From Camelus ferus (Eukaryota), in the NCBI RefSeq assembly GCF_009834535.1, contig NC_045696.1:806001-870000 (forward strand): a stretch of 64,000 nt of DNA, read 5' to 3'. The translations under genes and the position numbers were made by a program. Positions 1 to 11,039 of the stretch are shown here, in pieces. The notes under the pieces are model-generated. The model did not search any database, was not told the origin of the DNA, and saw only the letters and a program-made list of their open reading frames with translations. Position 1 is the first letter of the stretch. Each line of letters opens with the position of its first letter.

Positions 1-879
1 TGTGGAGTAGTTCATAATCTAACGTGCCCATGATCGTGTCTGTGGACTTGCCCGTGGACCCGCGTTTCCTGGAAAGCCAGTTAGGACACAAACTTTAAAT
101 ATTTTGTTTCTGAAAGGCAAGCCGTTTTCTCCAGTAGAGCATACCCAAACCAAACAGGACTTTGGTTTCTAGCAAACTACTTCTGGAAACACTTTTTCCC
201 AGAAAATCCAAGAGCAAGTAATTCGTCTAAAGACGGCACCAGCGGCCAGCCCACAACACAGACACTGCAAACACCTTCTGTTCTACTCGTCACCTGTAAA
301 ATGCGTCCATCAGAAGTCCTGGACTAATGGAGTACCCCGATTCACTTACAGGACAGGTAAGAAAACGAGATTCTGTTGTCTGCAAGCCACAAAGCACACG
401 TCAGTTTTACAAACACTTTTACAGAACTGTACACCCCACATCTGCCTCGTCACGGAGGAGCCACGTTCCTCTTCCCAGAGACGACAGAACTATGTTATTT
501 CTCAATCCAAGCATCCAGCTCCAAAAGCACACAGTCCCCGCGCACTCACGACACACACACACCAACCCGACGCCCGTGCGTGGACCTCACGGTGCTTGGT
601 GCTTTCAGCAGGTGGAAGCCAATGGCTCACCTCTCGTGTCCAAGGTCGCATGCTCAGACACAGGCGCTGGTCCACCGAGGGCGCGGGCCCCAGCCCCGGG
701 GACAACCAGCATCTCCGAGAGCCAGAATCCTGCTCCCACCCCTACCGAGGAGCACTGGCTACTGGCACCTGAAGATCACACGTCCCTTTTCTGCACAACA
801 CCTCTTTAACATGACCACGTTAGCAACAGTCAACCTTCTCCTCACAAAGCAGCCATGTTGTCAGAACTGAGGACCTGAT

Positions 880-2150
880 GCGAACAGCATCACGCAAACG
901 TCTGGAACGCCTGGCAAGGCTCCCACGGCCCCACTCTGGCCGGCGCAGGGCAGGGCTGCAGCGGGCCCTCCCACGCGCCCCCCGACAGCTCGGGCGGCCC
1001 TGGACGCGTCGGGCTCCGCGTGGCCTCAGCCCCTCTCCTGGCCGTGCAGCCTCACCGGGCCGCAGCAGCCCCTTACCTCAGAACAAAGCCACTCCGCGAG
1101 GTCGGGCAGGGCCGGAGGGACGTGGCTCTCAGACAGATGGTCACCCTCCCCGTTTAGAGGAGAGGAAAGTGCTACAGGAGAAAAATTAGAGTGGGGTTTT
1201 GTTCTAAACCAAAGGAGGCTGCAGAGCCTATTGGCCTCAGGTTGGAAACCTCGTGACATGGGACCAGGCACACGTGACCTACTTTTCGCCCAGCTCCCCT
1301 CGTTCCATTGGAGGGGTGCGCCTGGCGGATGCTGTCGCTTCAGTGACTCCTTCCCCCAACAGGGCCACCGCACAGATCGGCGTGCCTGCGGGACATCGGC
1401 CGCAGCAGCTAAGCCCTGGGAGGAGGGGGGCCGCAGCTCTGCAGACCCGAGTGGCCGCGGCCGCAGCCTGCCGTCTGCCCGCAGACGGGTGCCCGGAGCT
1501 AGTCCTCACCAGGACGAGGCGCCCGAAAGGGCACCCGGTGCAAGCTGTCCTTCCCCCGCTTTCTCCTGGTTGTGGCCGAGAGTGTGCAGGCACGGCCTGA
1601 GAGCCAGTGCGCACCAGCTGGGCACTGCCGTGTGCGTGCACGCCGAGAGCAAGCCTGGCGGCGGGCGCTGGTCTGGGCGGAGAGACGGACGGGCCCCCGG
1701 GCCTGCGAGGGGACGTGGGGAACGCAGCTGCCCCCTCAGAACGGGCACCTGCCGCCGAGCACGAGAAGGCCACCCTTTGCCCAGGCATCGCCCCCTCCCT
1801 CGCCACCTCACACGAGATCAGGTGCAGGCAAAGGGGGAAGAGCACCTAGCAGGCAGTAGCGGCACTCGGGTGCCGAGCGGGCTCGCTGGCGGGGGGTCGA
1901 GCACGCGCCGGGCAGGATGGCGTCGGCGCCAGCTGGGAGGGCCAGAGCGCACGGCCCTTTCTGATGCCGACACAGGTGCCTGGAGGAGGGGGAGGCCGCA
2001 GGTCCACTGCCCACGACAGCCTGATGGCTTGTTACAGGAAAAGGGGAAACACACGTGTGCAAACCCTGTAACATCGCCTCCCAGAAAGACCAGCAGTCGC
2101 AGCGGCGTGTTCTGAGGGCGACCGGTTCACACTCCTTTTCCGTAGGCGCG
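880..2150. promoter_or_regulatory. CpG-rich island-like segment
   Basis: High GC with dense CpG (e.g. cggccgc, acgcgtcg, cgtcggcg) and E-box cacgtg at ~1271 and ~2053. It may simply reflect GC drift. Confidence 0.35.
1077..1171 (-). other. Candidate 95-nt cassette exon
   Basis: Acceptor ctaatttttctcctgtag|C with a branch-like CTAAT, and donor GAG|gtaagg. Only one frame is open. Confidence 0.45.
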
Positions 2151-4127
2151 TGTCATTGTATTTTTTAACAGAAATAGGACCAAGCCACCCACATTTGTCC
2201 TGTTTTTCTCACTTGACACTGTACGTGAAGTATTTTTCTACATCATTATATTAAGTCTACACGGTAGTGATCAAATCCCCCGTGTAATCTATTCTACGCA
2301 TAAAATGCTATGCGTGTAATTCTATGCATTTTCAGGCATGAGAACACAGCTGGCTGCAATCACTGAGCCCCGGGTTCTGAACGGTTGCGTCAAACAAGCC
2401 TTCGCCGATAATCTCTGGGAGGACCTCTTTCTGTCCCTGTCTTACTGCCTTGGACTGTTCTTTGTGGATATCACTCTGGGTCAAGGGACACGCATGCCTG
2501 AAGCCCTGGCCTGTGGTGACAAAGCAGTCCCTGTGCTACCCGAGCGCCGAGTCCTGGGGACGCCAGTGTCAGGAGCCCAGCAGGGAGGAGGATGCTAACA
2601 GCCCCGCCGTGCGCCCTGCGCTGCCAGCCCAGCCAGTGCTCGTGGCAGCTCTTTCCCGGGCAGAGAGGGAAGCACCGTCGCTCCCGGCGCATTCACAGTC
2701 TTAAAGCAGCGGCCACCTAGGGCCCGGCTCTTGGCCACCGAGGGCGCTGGGGAGAACTGGGCCCTGGCCTTGGGTCTGGTGAGGGGAGCTGAGAGCAGGG
2801 TGGGGGCTGACCTTGAAGACGTGACGAGGAAGGAAGAGTGAGCAGAGGGGCTCGAAGGAACAGAGTCATGGGCAGAGAAGGAGCCGGGGGCCTGGGGGCA
2901 TAAAGGAGGGGTGGCTGGAGGTCGAGGGGACCCGGGGCGCCGGGCTGACAAGCCAACACACAGCAGAAAGCTGCTGAGCGGGAGGGACACGGCCATGGCA
3001 GAAGGAAACATGACTGCCCGCTATTTAGGGTGCAGGGCACAGGGACCCACGGCCGTGAGCACCACCCCTCCTGGCATGGGGGGCTGGCCAGCGCTGGGGC
3101 TCAGCGGCTCTGTCCTCATGGGAACAGTTGGTCAGCTGAGAGGATGGCGGTGGGTCTTTTGTCTCTCCGGATGCCACCCCGACCTCTGCAGCCGTGTCCT
3201 GCGCCTGACACGAGGCCAGATGCTTGGACCTTGGAGCACACAGGCACCTGCAGATGTGGCTGGGCAGAGGGCTGGGTGGCTGGGGGCAGGCGGGGGGCCT
3301 AGTGAGGGGCCGCTGGGCTCCTGCCTTTGGAGCGCTGCAGCTGGCCCAGGGGAGTGGGGGCCTGTCCTCCACACGGCCCCGGAGAATCCCGGGCAGGCAG
3401 CCCTGCTTTACATAACTGGCCTCGCCCTTGACCGCAGCCTGGGACGTGCCAGCCGTGTGGAAGGAGCCATTCCATCCGGCTCCTGTCCTGACCCAGAGAG
3501 GACGTCGAATGACCTGTCACTGCCATTCACGCAAACAGGCACCTGGAGGTTGAAATGGTTTTCCCCTCCTTCCACACAAAGCAAAGGTGAAGACAGCGCA
3601 GCAGCAGGCACCCGGAACTGAGCCAGGCTCCACGGGCTGAAGGTGCTGAGCTGCGGTGAGGAAACCAAGCCAGCCAGACAGACCAGGCGGCAGGAGAGAA
3701 GCTGGCATGAAGAGGAAGGAAGAAATGTTTCAGAACGCCGGCCCTCGTAACGTTCTGTGACGTTTAAAGATGCACCTGTTTCTCCGACGACCACCTGGGA
3801 GACAGGTTAACTCAGAACCTGGACGATGTGTCTGTCGGGCATCTGGGTGGTAAATCCTATAGCTAAAACCAGGTTCTCAGTGGCCACCTTTGTGCCCTAG
3901 ACGGACAAAGCACGTCGAATGTACTCTAAGGGCTTTGGCAATGGCCGTGTAACACGGACGCGCAGATGAATAAACCAGACCTGGGCTGGAGACCGCCAGG
4001 CACGTGGGCTGTGGGAGGAACCTCGGGGCCTCAAAGTACAGGTGAGAAACTGAGGCCAGAGGGCAGCAGCGCTGCAGCCTTGGACAGAACTTGGACCTCA
4101 GGGTGCTGGGGTGCTCAGCGGCACACA

Positions 4128-4240
4128 GCACACACCCTCCTGCACACACGCACGCACACCCTCCTGCACACACGCGCGCACACCCTCCTGCACACATGCG
4201 CACACCCTCTTGCACACGTGCACGCAGGCTCCTGCACCCA
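4128..4240. repeat. Degenerate ~22-24-bp tandem repeat (gcacaccctcctgcacacacgc..)
   Basis: Four to five copies of cacaccctcctgcacac are visible. Confidence 0.8.
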
Positions 4241-4775
4241 CACCCACGTGGCAGGCCAGCCAGCAGAGTTAGCTCGGGGCCCTGCGCAGGGCTGGTCCTC
4301 ACTTACAGAACGACAGGCCCAGCTCTTCAGACTCCACACCCGGCTTCTTTACAAAATGGTGGGATGAGGCCCTCGGGGGCTAACGCTGGGGAACACTTAG
4401 GGGGACACAATTCTAAGGCATCCACGTTCCTCAAAGTTCAAGGGAAAAAGCCACGGAGAAACACTTCTGCCCCAGTTTGGACCTGCTTCTTCAAACTCTA
4501 ACTCGACTACAGGTGACTTTCAAGAGCCGCCCGGGAACGACGCGCCCGCAGCACCAAGGCCTCGTCTCGGCTTCCTTTCCTTGCTGCGGTCTCCCTCTCG
4601 AGGGTCTGTCTTCTCTCCCCAGCGCCGCTCCCAGCTGACAGCACATCACGGAGCGGAGGGTAACACTCAGTGTCGTGCCGCTTGGAACAGCTTCCACCTT
4701 CAAGGGCGAGCTTGCCTCTGCCACACACATTCTTGGAAAACACACATGCAAACAAGACAGGTCACAGGCACTCAC

Positions 4776-4785
4776 CTTCCCCCAT
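4776..4785 (-). CDS. PCBP3: First 10 coding nt (M-G-E-G, phase 1) of probable PCBP3 long isoform; the rest of the CDS would lie left of the window
   Basis: Minus strand reads CTT ATG GGG GAA G|GTGAGT with a perfect donor. As I recall, PCBP3 begins MGEGDAFW with only 10 coding nt in the start exon, preceded by a very large repeat-rich intron in a GC-rich distal region. The identification rests on recall and was not searched. Confidence 0.68.
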
Positions 4786-4891
4786 AAGCAGGCTCTCCGA
4801 GTCAGAGCAGGTCCCTGGACGGCATGTGTTCAGATGTGTCGTAAGTCAGAGCATCCCAACCGGAGCTGGTGGCTTGGAGGAGCCCGCTCAC
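4776..4891 (-). other. PCBP3: 116-nt spliced exon (5'UTR plus start codon) of probable PCBP3
   Basis: Acceptor gtgttttgtgtcttag|G at 4892/4891 and donor AAG|gtgagt at 4776/4775. All three frames are closed except the last 10 nt, as expected for a UTR/start exon. Confidence 0.75.
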
Positions 4892-5924
4892 CTAAGACAC
4901 AAAACACGGGGGACGTGAGCTTCCAGGCTGCGACCTCACCTGGCAGGGCTGAGCTTTGACAGAACTGCCGCCCCGCACGCAGAGCAGCCGCGCTCCTTAC
5001 ACACGCGGGTGCGGGGTGCAGGGGTGGCGCCGGAGGCCAGACGGAGCTTCTCACCGGATGCTGCCCTGTGCCTGCCCGAGGAGGCCGCCTTGCAAACACG
5101 GAGGCGCCACCCATTTCAAAGATGAGAAGTCCAAGAGAAGTTTTTTGTTAAAGCTGTAAACACTTTTGAGAATCTAAGAGAAACAGTCAACTTTCTACTT
5201 ACAATATTTAGTAGTTTATATATGTACATACGCTGATTTACAAATAACATTTATGAAATCACACATTAACTTAAACACACTGCCGGCTTCCCTCTTTCAC
5301 AGCTAGTCTAACCGTGTCATTCAGACCCTTCCATTTCACGTGCAATCTGTCCACGGCATCTCTTCCCAGAATGTGCCATTTTCACCTTGGTCCAAGTTTC
5401 CTGACATTTCACTTTCTAAACTCACATTTATTGCCCAAACAGGAAATTTAATCCCCAGGTACAAGAGTGTATTTCCATAACATTCCCCTCTTTGCTGCGT
5501 TTTAAGTCTGCTCTTCGGTGCATGCTTATGCCCTCTGCACCTCATGGTTATGGACGTCTTTCCAGGCTTCTTTACAAAGCGTCTGACATTTGGAACTGCG
5601 AGGTCATAGCACCAAAAATAATTACAAGCCCGTGTTAAATGTCTCTGTCTTCCTCCGTGTCAGCCAGGTAACCACTTTAGGCAATAAATAACATCCCTGA
5701 CTGAGTCTATTTCAAACTAACATATCTTGCCTATGTAATGTGTGAGGATCAAAATGATATAAATGAGAAAATACAACACGAAAGGAAACGCCATGAGGGA
5801 CGGTGCTGAGTACGAGACTCCCCGTCTCACGGGGGCACACGGTGTCTCAGCTGGGAAGGCACAGCTGGGAAGGACCAGGCTCAGCGTGTTACGGCGCATC
5901 AGAGGACCAGAGAGGGGGCACTCA

Positions 5925-7398
5925 TCAGAAAGCCATGGGAGAGTTTTTGGCAACGGTGCCAAGACAAGCCAACGAGAAAAGAACAGTCATTCAACATGTG
6001 GTGCTGGGGAAACTGGTATCCACACACCGGAGAATTAACGTAAGCCTCAGTTTATACCACATACAAAACTTAATTTTGAACAGATCAAAGACCTACACTC
6101 AAGAGCTAAAACTAAATACTGAAAAAAATCTCCATCACGTTGGACTTGGCAACGATTTCATGGATGTAACACCAAAAAGCACAGGCAACGACAGAAACAC
6201 AGATAAACTGGACTTCATGAAAATGAAGAATTTTTGTGCAGCAAAAGACACAAACAAGAAAGCGAAAATACAATGCACGTAACAGAGGAAAGTGCCTGCA
6301 AACCGAGTACCTGAGAAGGGACTAGTGTTCAGACCACCGCGCGCAGAACTTCTACAGCTCAGCAGTTCAAGAACAATTTATAAGTACGTGAAGGACTTGA
6401 GCACGTCCTTCTCTGAGGCAAGCGCAGAAACGCCCGACATGCACAGGAGAGCAGCTCAGCGCCATCGGCATCAGGGAGCGCGGGGCGGGAGGAGGGGCTC
6501 AGGCAGAGCGTGTGCAGGGCGCACGAGGTCCTGGGTCAACCCCCATGCCTCCATTAAAAAAAAAATACAATAAATAAAAATAAAACCTGGTTACCTCCCC
6601 CTCAAAGGAAAAACAAAACAAAGATAAAATACTGTGCGTTAAAAAGAAAAAAAATAGAGAAAAAAAGAAAAATGCAAATCAAAACCACAGTGAGACCCCA
6701 CGTCACACCCACGTAGGATGGCGACAGTAGTGACAACACTTACAACAGTAACAGCAAGGAGCAACAGACAATAACAAACGTCAGCAAGGACGCGGAGAAC
6801 TGGACTCTTCAGACGCTGCTGGGGGGACGGAAAGAGGGACAGCCACTGACGGCCTGCAGCTGCTCCCAAGTTAACCCAGGGCTGCCCCGTGACCCAGCCC
6901 CCGCGCAGGCCCAGGTCAGGAGAACTGAAGACACCTGTCCGCACCCACACTCGACGGGGAGCTCCCAGCAGCACCGCCCACGGCGGCCAGAAAGTGGCAC
7001 AACCCAGCGTCCGCCTCCCGAGGACGAATGGACGAACCACGTGTGGGGGACCCTTATATCGGGATGTTGCTCGCCACCAAAGGGAGGAAGCGCTGACGCG
7101 GCTGCGACATGGATGAACCTGGAAAAAGCCCGACACAGAAGGTCACAGACGTGTGATCCCACGGGTACTAAACGTCCAGAACAGGCAAACCTGCCAGGAC
7201 AGAAAGTGGACCAGTGTCCCCAGGGCTAAGGAGAGAGGGAACAGAAGTGACTGATCATGGGCGTGGGTCCTTCAGGGGTGACTAAAGTGTTCTGTAATTA
7301 GATCGTGCTGGTGGTTGCACACCTTGCTGAGTAGCTAAAAACTACGAAAATGTGCACTTCTAAAGTGTGAAATTTACACTATACTCAATTAAAAAAAA
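5925..7398 (+). mobile_element. Old LINE-1 (L1M-type) ORF2 3' part and 3' end, interrupted by a SINE
   Basis: L1 motifs caacggtgccaagac, tggtgctggggaaactgg, aaatgcaaatcaaaaccacagtgaga and catggatgaacctggaaaa; A-tail at ~7391. Confidence 0.85.
6482..6668 (+). mobile_element. tRNA-derived SINE, camelid Vic-1-like
   Basis: Head gctcaggcagagcg...gcacgaggtcctgggtcaacccccatgcctcca (A/B-box remnants), then A-rich linker, acctggttacctcccc and an A tail. It splits the L1 motif agggaaatgcaaatc. Confidence 0.75.
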
Positions 7399-7404
7399 GG
7401 TAAT

Positions 7405-7647
7405 GGTGGGGGGATAAATTGGGAGTTGGGATTAAAAGACACACACCGCTATACATTAAACAGCTGAACAACAAGGCCCTGCTGTGCAGCACACGGAACT
7501 ATATTCAGCATCTTGTAATAACCTACAATGGAAAAGAGTCTGAAAAAGAATATATCTGTGTGCACACATAATTGAATCAGCTTGCTGTACACGCGAACCG
7601 AACACAACATTGTAAATCAACCATACTTCGATTAAAACAAAACAAAG
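7405..7647 (+). mobile_element. 5'-truncated cetartiodactyl L1 3'UTR fragment
   Basis: gggataaattgggagttgggatta...ggaactatattca...acattgtaaatcaaccatacttc followed by an A tail. Confidence 0.9.
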
Positions 7648-8479
7648 GTGGTAAATACTCAAAAGTTTGGAAAAGGAACGGAAGAAATCTCGTATTAAGC
7701 ATCACAGAATTAGTGCGCGTTTACTCCACCCTTACAGAAACAGCACCAAAGTGACATACAACATAAAGCGGCACAAACCCACAAGCACTGAGCAGCGAGG
7801 ACAACCAACAAGCACTGTCAACACGAGACCAGGGCCTGGGACGTGGGTGGACACGCAGTGAGCGAGAAGCAGAGACACCGAAGCTGAAGCCTCTGCCAGG
7901 CGGGGCCGCCGGGGAGGGGGGGGGGCAATGCTAGGAGGAGCAGAGCCTGGGGCCCAGGTGGCTGCGCGGGGGGGGGGGGGGGTGTGAAAACAGGAGCAAC
8001 AGCTCACACTGTCTGTGAGGGAGCGTTAGGGCCCCAGTGCCCGGCACCCATGGCCAACCGGAGGCTCCGTCTCAGAAGAGGGAGATACTTAGGACCTGAA
8101 ACGCCAGCATTAACACAGGAGCCCTGCGTGGAGGGAAACAGCAGGAGCCTGAGACCTTGCGCCCCTTCTCCCCAGAGGCTCTCCCCGAAGACAAGACCAC
8201 CTCTCTTAGTAAGTCACATAAACTAGAAATAGTGCAGACCACAGTTTCTGATGACAACACAAGAAACCAGAAATAAGCTAACCGAAGAACATTCTATTGA
8301 AATTTACATCATTTCAGAAACACGTGAAGGGAATCAGTTTACTAAATACGTAGCCCCGTGTCACTAAATTTGGTAGGAAGCACCAGGGGGCCAGAAGCCC
8401 GGCAGGGGGTGTGCCACACAGACTCAGCGCAAGGAGCCACTTCTCCCAACGTCACCAACAGCCCCGCAGGGTGAGATGG

Positions 8480-9240
8480 GAGTGAGGGGCCGTCTCGGGA
8501 GGAAAGGCTCTGCGTTCTCTTTTCAAAACTCCTCCCGTGTTAGGAAGCGAGGCCGCAGAGGAGAGAGCATGTGGCCCGCAATCCCCTTCCCCTCTCTCGC
8601 TCTCCGGCCTCCGCGGCAGCACGACCCACTTAGTCACAGCAGGAGCAGTGGTTCTCAGCGCCCTGCTGAACAGGCCGCCACCACGAATCCGTTTCAAAGG
8701 ACGGCGCCCAAGGCGGGAGCATCCCCTCTGCCCGGTCCCGGTCCAGACCAAAGCAGCCCAGCGCGCTCTGAGCCCCGCACACGCACCCCGCATGCGCTTA
8801 GATGGGCGGACACGCGCAAGTGCGTGTGGGCAGAGCAGCTCCCAGCGAGGCCCGGGGCCTGCAGGCCGGGCTGCACCCGGAGGCTGGAGACGCGCGGCAG
8901 CGGTAGCGGCAGCAGCGGGCTGTCCCCGCTCCGCTGGCGGCGGGGGGGGGGGGGGGCCCTGCAGGCCACTTTAAGAAGGAAGTTTGCGGAAGGCAGGGCT
9001 GTGAGGGGGCTTGGATAAATCATGATGTTTTACCGCCAGCAGTTAGTCTGGCTGGGGGCGCGGAGTCCAGGCTGAACGTGAGAAGCCAGGAGAGAGTTCA
9101 GGAGATGCTGCGATAATCCGGGGAAGGGAGGGTTTATGCACAGTCAAGGGGGGCCTCGGCGCCCGCAGAGCCCGCCAGGGGTTAATCCGAGGAGCGAGGC
9201 CCGGGCCAGACCAACAGCGCCCATCTGGCGGGGTCATCCC
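8480..9240. promoter_or_regulatory. CpG island-like region, possible internal promoter/enhancer
   Basis: Dense CpG, an NRF1-like cgcatgcgc (8789-8797), a GC box gggcgg (~8804) and a G15 run (8942-8956). Confidence 0.4.
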
Positions 9241-9339
9241 ACCTCCTGTCACGGTTCACACCAGGACAGTGAAAGCAGAGGGAGATGCCCTGTGTGTGTG
9301 TGTGTGCGTGTGTGCACAAACCCACACCTGACATTCTCC

Positions 9340-9900
9340 TAAAGCTCTCAGAGAACGAAACCCAAATTGACAATGTTCTAACTCGTAATGCAAATTTCCA
9401 CAAATTTTGAAGACATGCAATCAACAGACCATGCTTTCCACCCACGAGGCAATTAAATTAGAAATCAGCAGCAAAAGATGACTTTATAATTCTCCTGGAC
9501 ATAACACTTCTTAAATGCCTCTAAATAAGAAATGGAGGGGAAGAACATAATGAACTCAGGAAATCACTCGACCTCAACGCCACCAAGAGTACCGCATGGC
9601 AAAACGCGCAGCCCTCAGCTGCAGGGGAACTCGCGGGGAAACTCACAGCTTTTAAACGCCTAGAGCAGGAGCAAAGAAGGCCAGAACATTAGCGAATAGA
9701 AAATCCGATTTGAGAAGGTAGGGAAACAACAGGAAGCACCCACAGCAGACGGGAAGGTGGTATCGTTAATAAGGAGCAGCTCAGAAGTTATGACAGAAGC
9801 CAGCTGTGAAGAGAAACAAATACAAAATTTGGTTCTTCAAAAAGGGTCCCAAAATACACACCCTCTGATGACACTGACCAAGAACAGTCAGGACGGGACA
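9340..9900 (+). mobile_element. Old L1 ORF2 fragment
   Basis: gcaattaaattagaaatcagca, acacttcttaaat and ttggttcttcaaaa motifs. Confidence 0.7.
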
Positions 9901-10178
9901 GGTGACTCGAGCAACTGAAAGGAAGCCCAGGGCTTCTGGTTCGGGATGAGAAGCAGCAGGCGTGTTTCTCCCTACACTCCTGCTGAGCACAACTAAAACC
10001 CGGGTTAACCAGGAAACACGTGTAAGAAAACCTGGGAAGGTGGACAGCAGGTGGCCTGGACGGGCTCTCAGGCGTGAAGGCTGACACAGCAGTGAGGTCA
10101 CCATTGTGGTTTTTTATGTTTCCCTCCTATTTATTCCAAACTGGTCACTGGAGAAGCCTGCAACTGAAAATGCCAACG

Positions 10179-10702
10179 TGTACTAGAAAAGAGCAAATCT
10201 GACTCCATGTTGGATCTGGCCCTTTGGCTTTAACCCTGTGCCCTGCTTCCTAGGCTTGGTCGTGCTGGCTGCACCTTTTGTAAAAGAGTGCTGCCTAGAG
10301 CCTGGAATACACAGGAGCCCATTCTCCAGGTTCTGACCTTTAAGGATATTAACGCTTTTTCCTTCATTTAAAGACAAGCTGCAGAACAGAAAGGTGGCTT
10401 TGTTGGAGACTTACAGGGACACCACGACCTAACCCTCGTGGACGGCTGCAAGAACAAAGGGTTCAAGAACAAAGAATTCCTACACCAAGAAGTTTGCAGC
10501 CATCGAGCACACCTCCTCCCCTTTTTAGTATAAAAGGAGCCTGAATTCTGACCTGGGGAGGATGGTTCTCCAGGACATGAGTCCCCCATCCTGTCGGTCT
10601 GCCGGCTTTCTGAATAAAGTCACTGTTCCTGGCCCCAGCACCTCGTGTCCCGATTTACTGGCCTGTCGTGCGGCGAGCAGAACGAGTTTGGACTCAGTAA
10701 CA
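10179..10702 (+). mobile_element. Solo ERV LTR (ERV1-like), same family as 42451-42882
   Basis: TGT...ACA termini, TATA-like gtataaaaggagc (~10528), AATAAA (~10613) and near-TSD aacg/aaag. It aligns by eye with 42451-42882. Confidence 0.9.
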
Positions 10703-11039
10703 AAAGAACACAGGAAAAATGCCAAAGAACATGGGCTTTTCTCAAGAAAAGCCACCTCTCTCTCTCTCTCTTTCTCGGCAAAGGTCTGGGACCAGGAAAC
10801 CTAGGAAGCCAGGAAGCTTTCTGACAACTTTGCCCTCCTCCAGGCGAAGCTGGCAGGACACACACACAGGACACACACACTCACTAGTGCCTCTCTCAGA
10901 GCAGGCTCCCACTCAGCAGTGACAAGGCACTCCTCCCTCTACCCAAGGTACCAGGGAGGCCGGGGGAGGTCCGGGACAGCCACCCCGCCGCTGTGACCGA
11001 GGCGTCCTCCCCAAGGGTGTCAGCAGAGACCTGCTAAGA

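Noticed and set aside
6482..6552. tRNA gene
   Set aside because: It is a degenerate tRNA-like head followed by SINE body and A tail, inserted in an L1.
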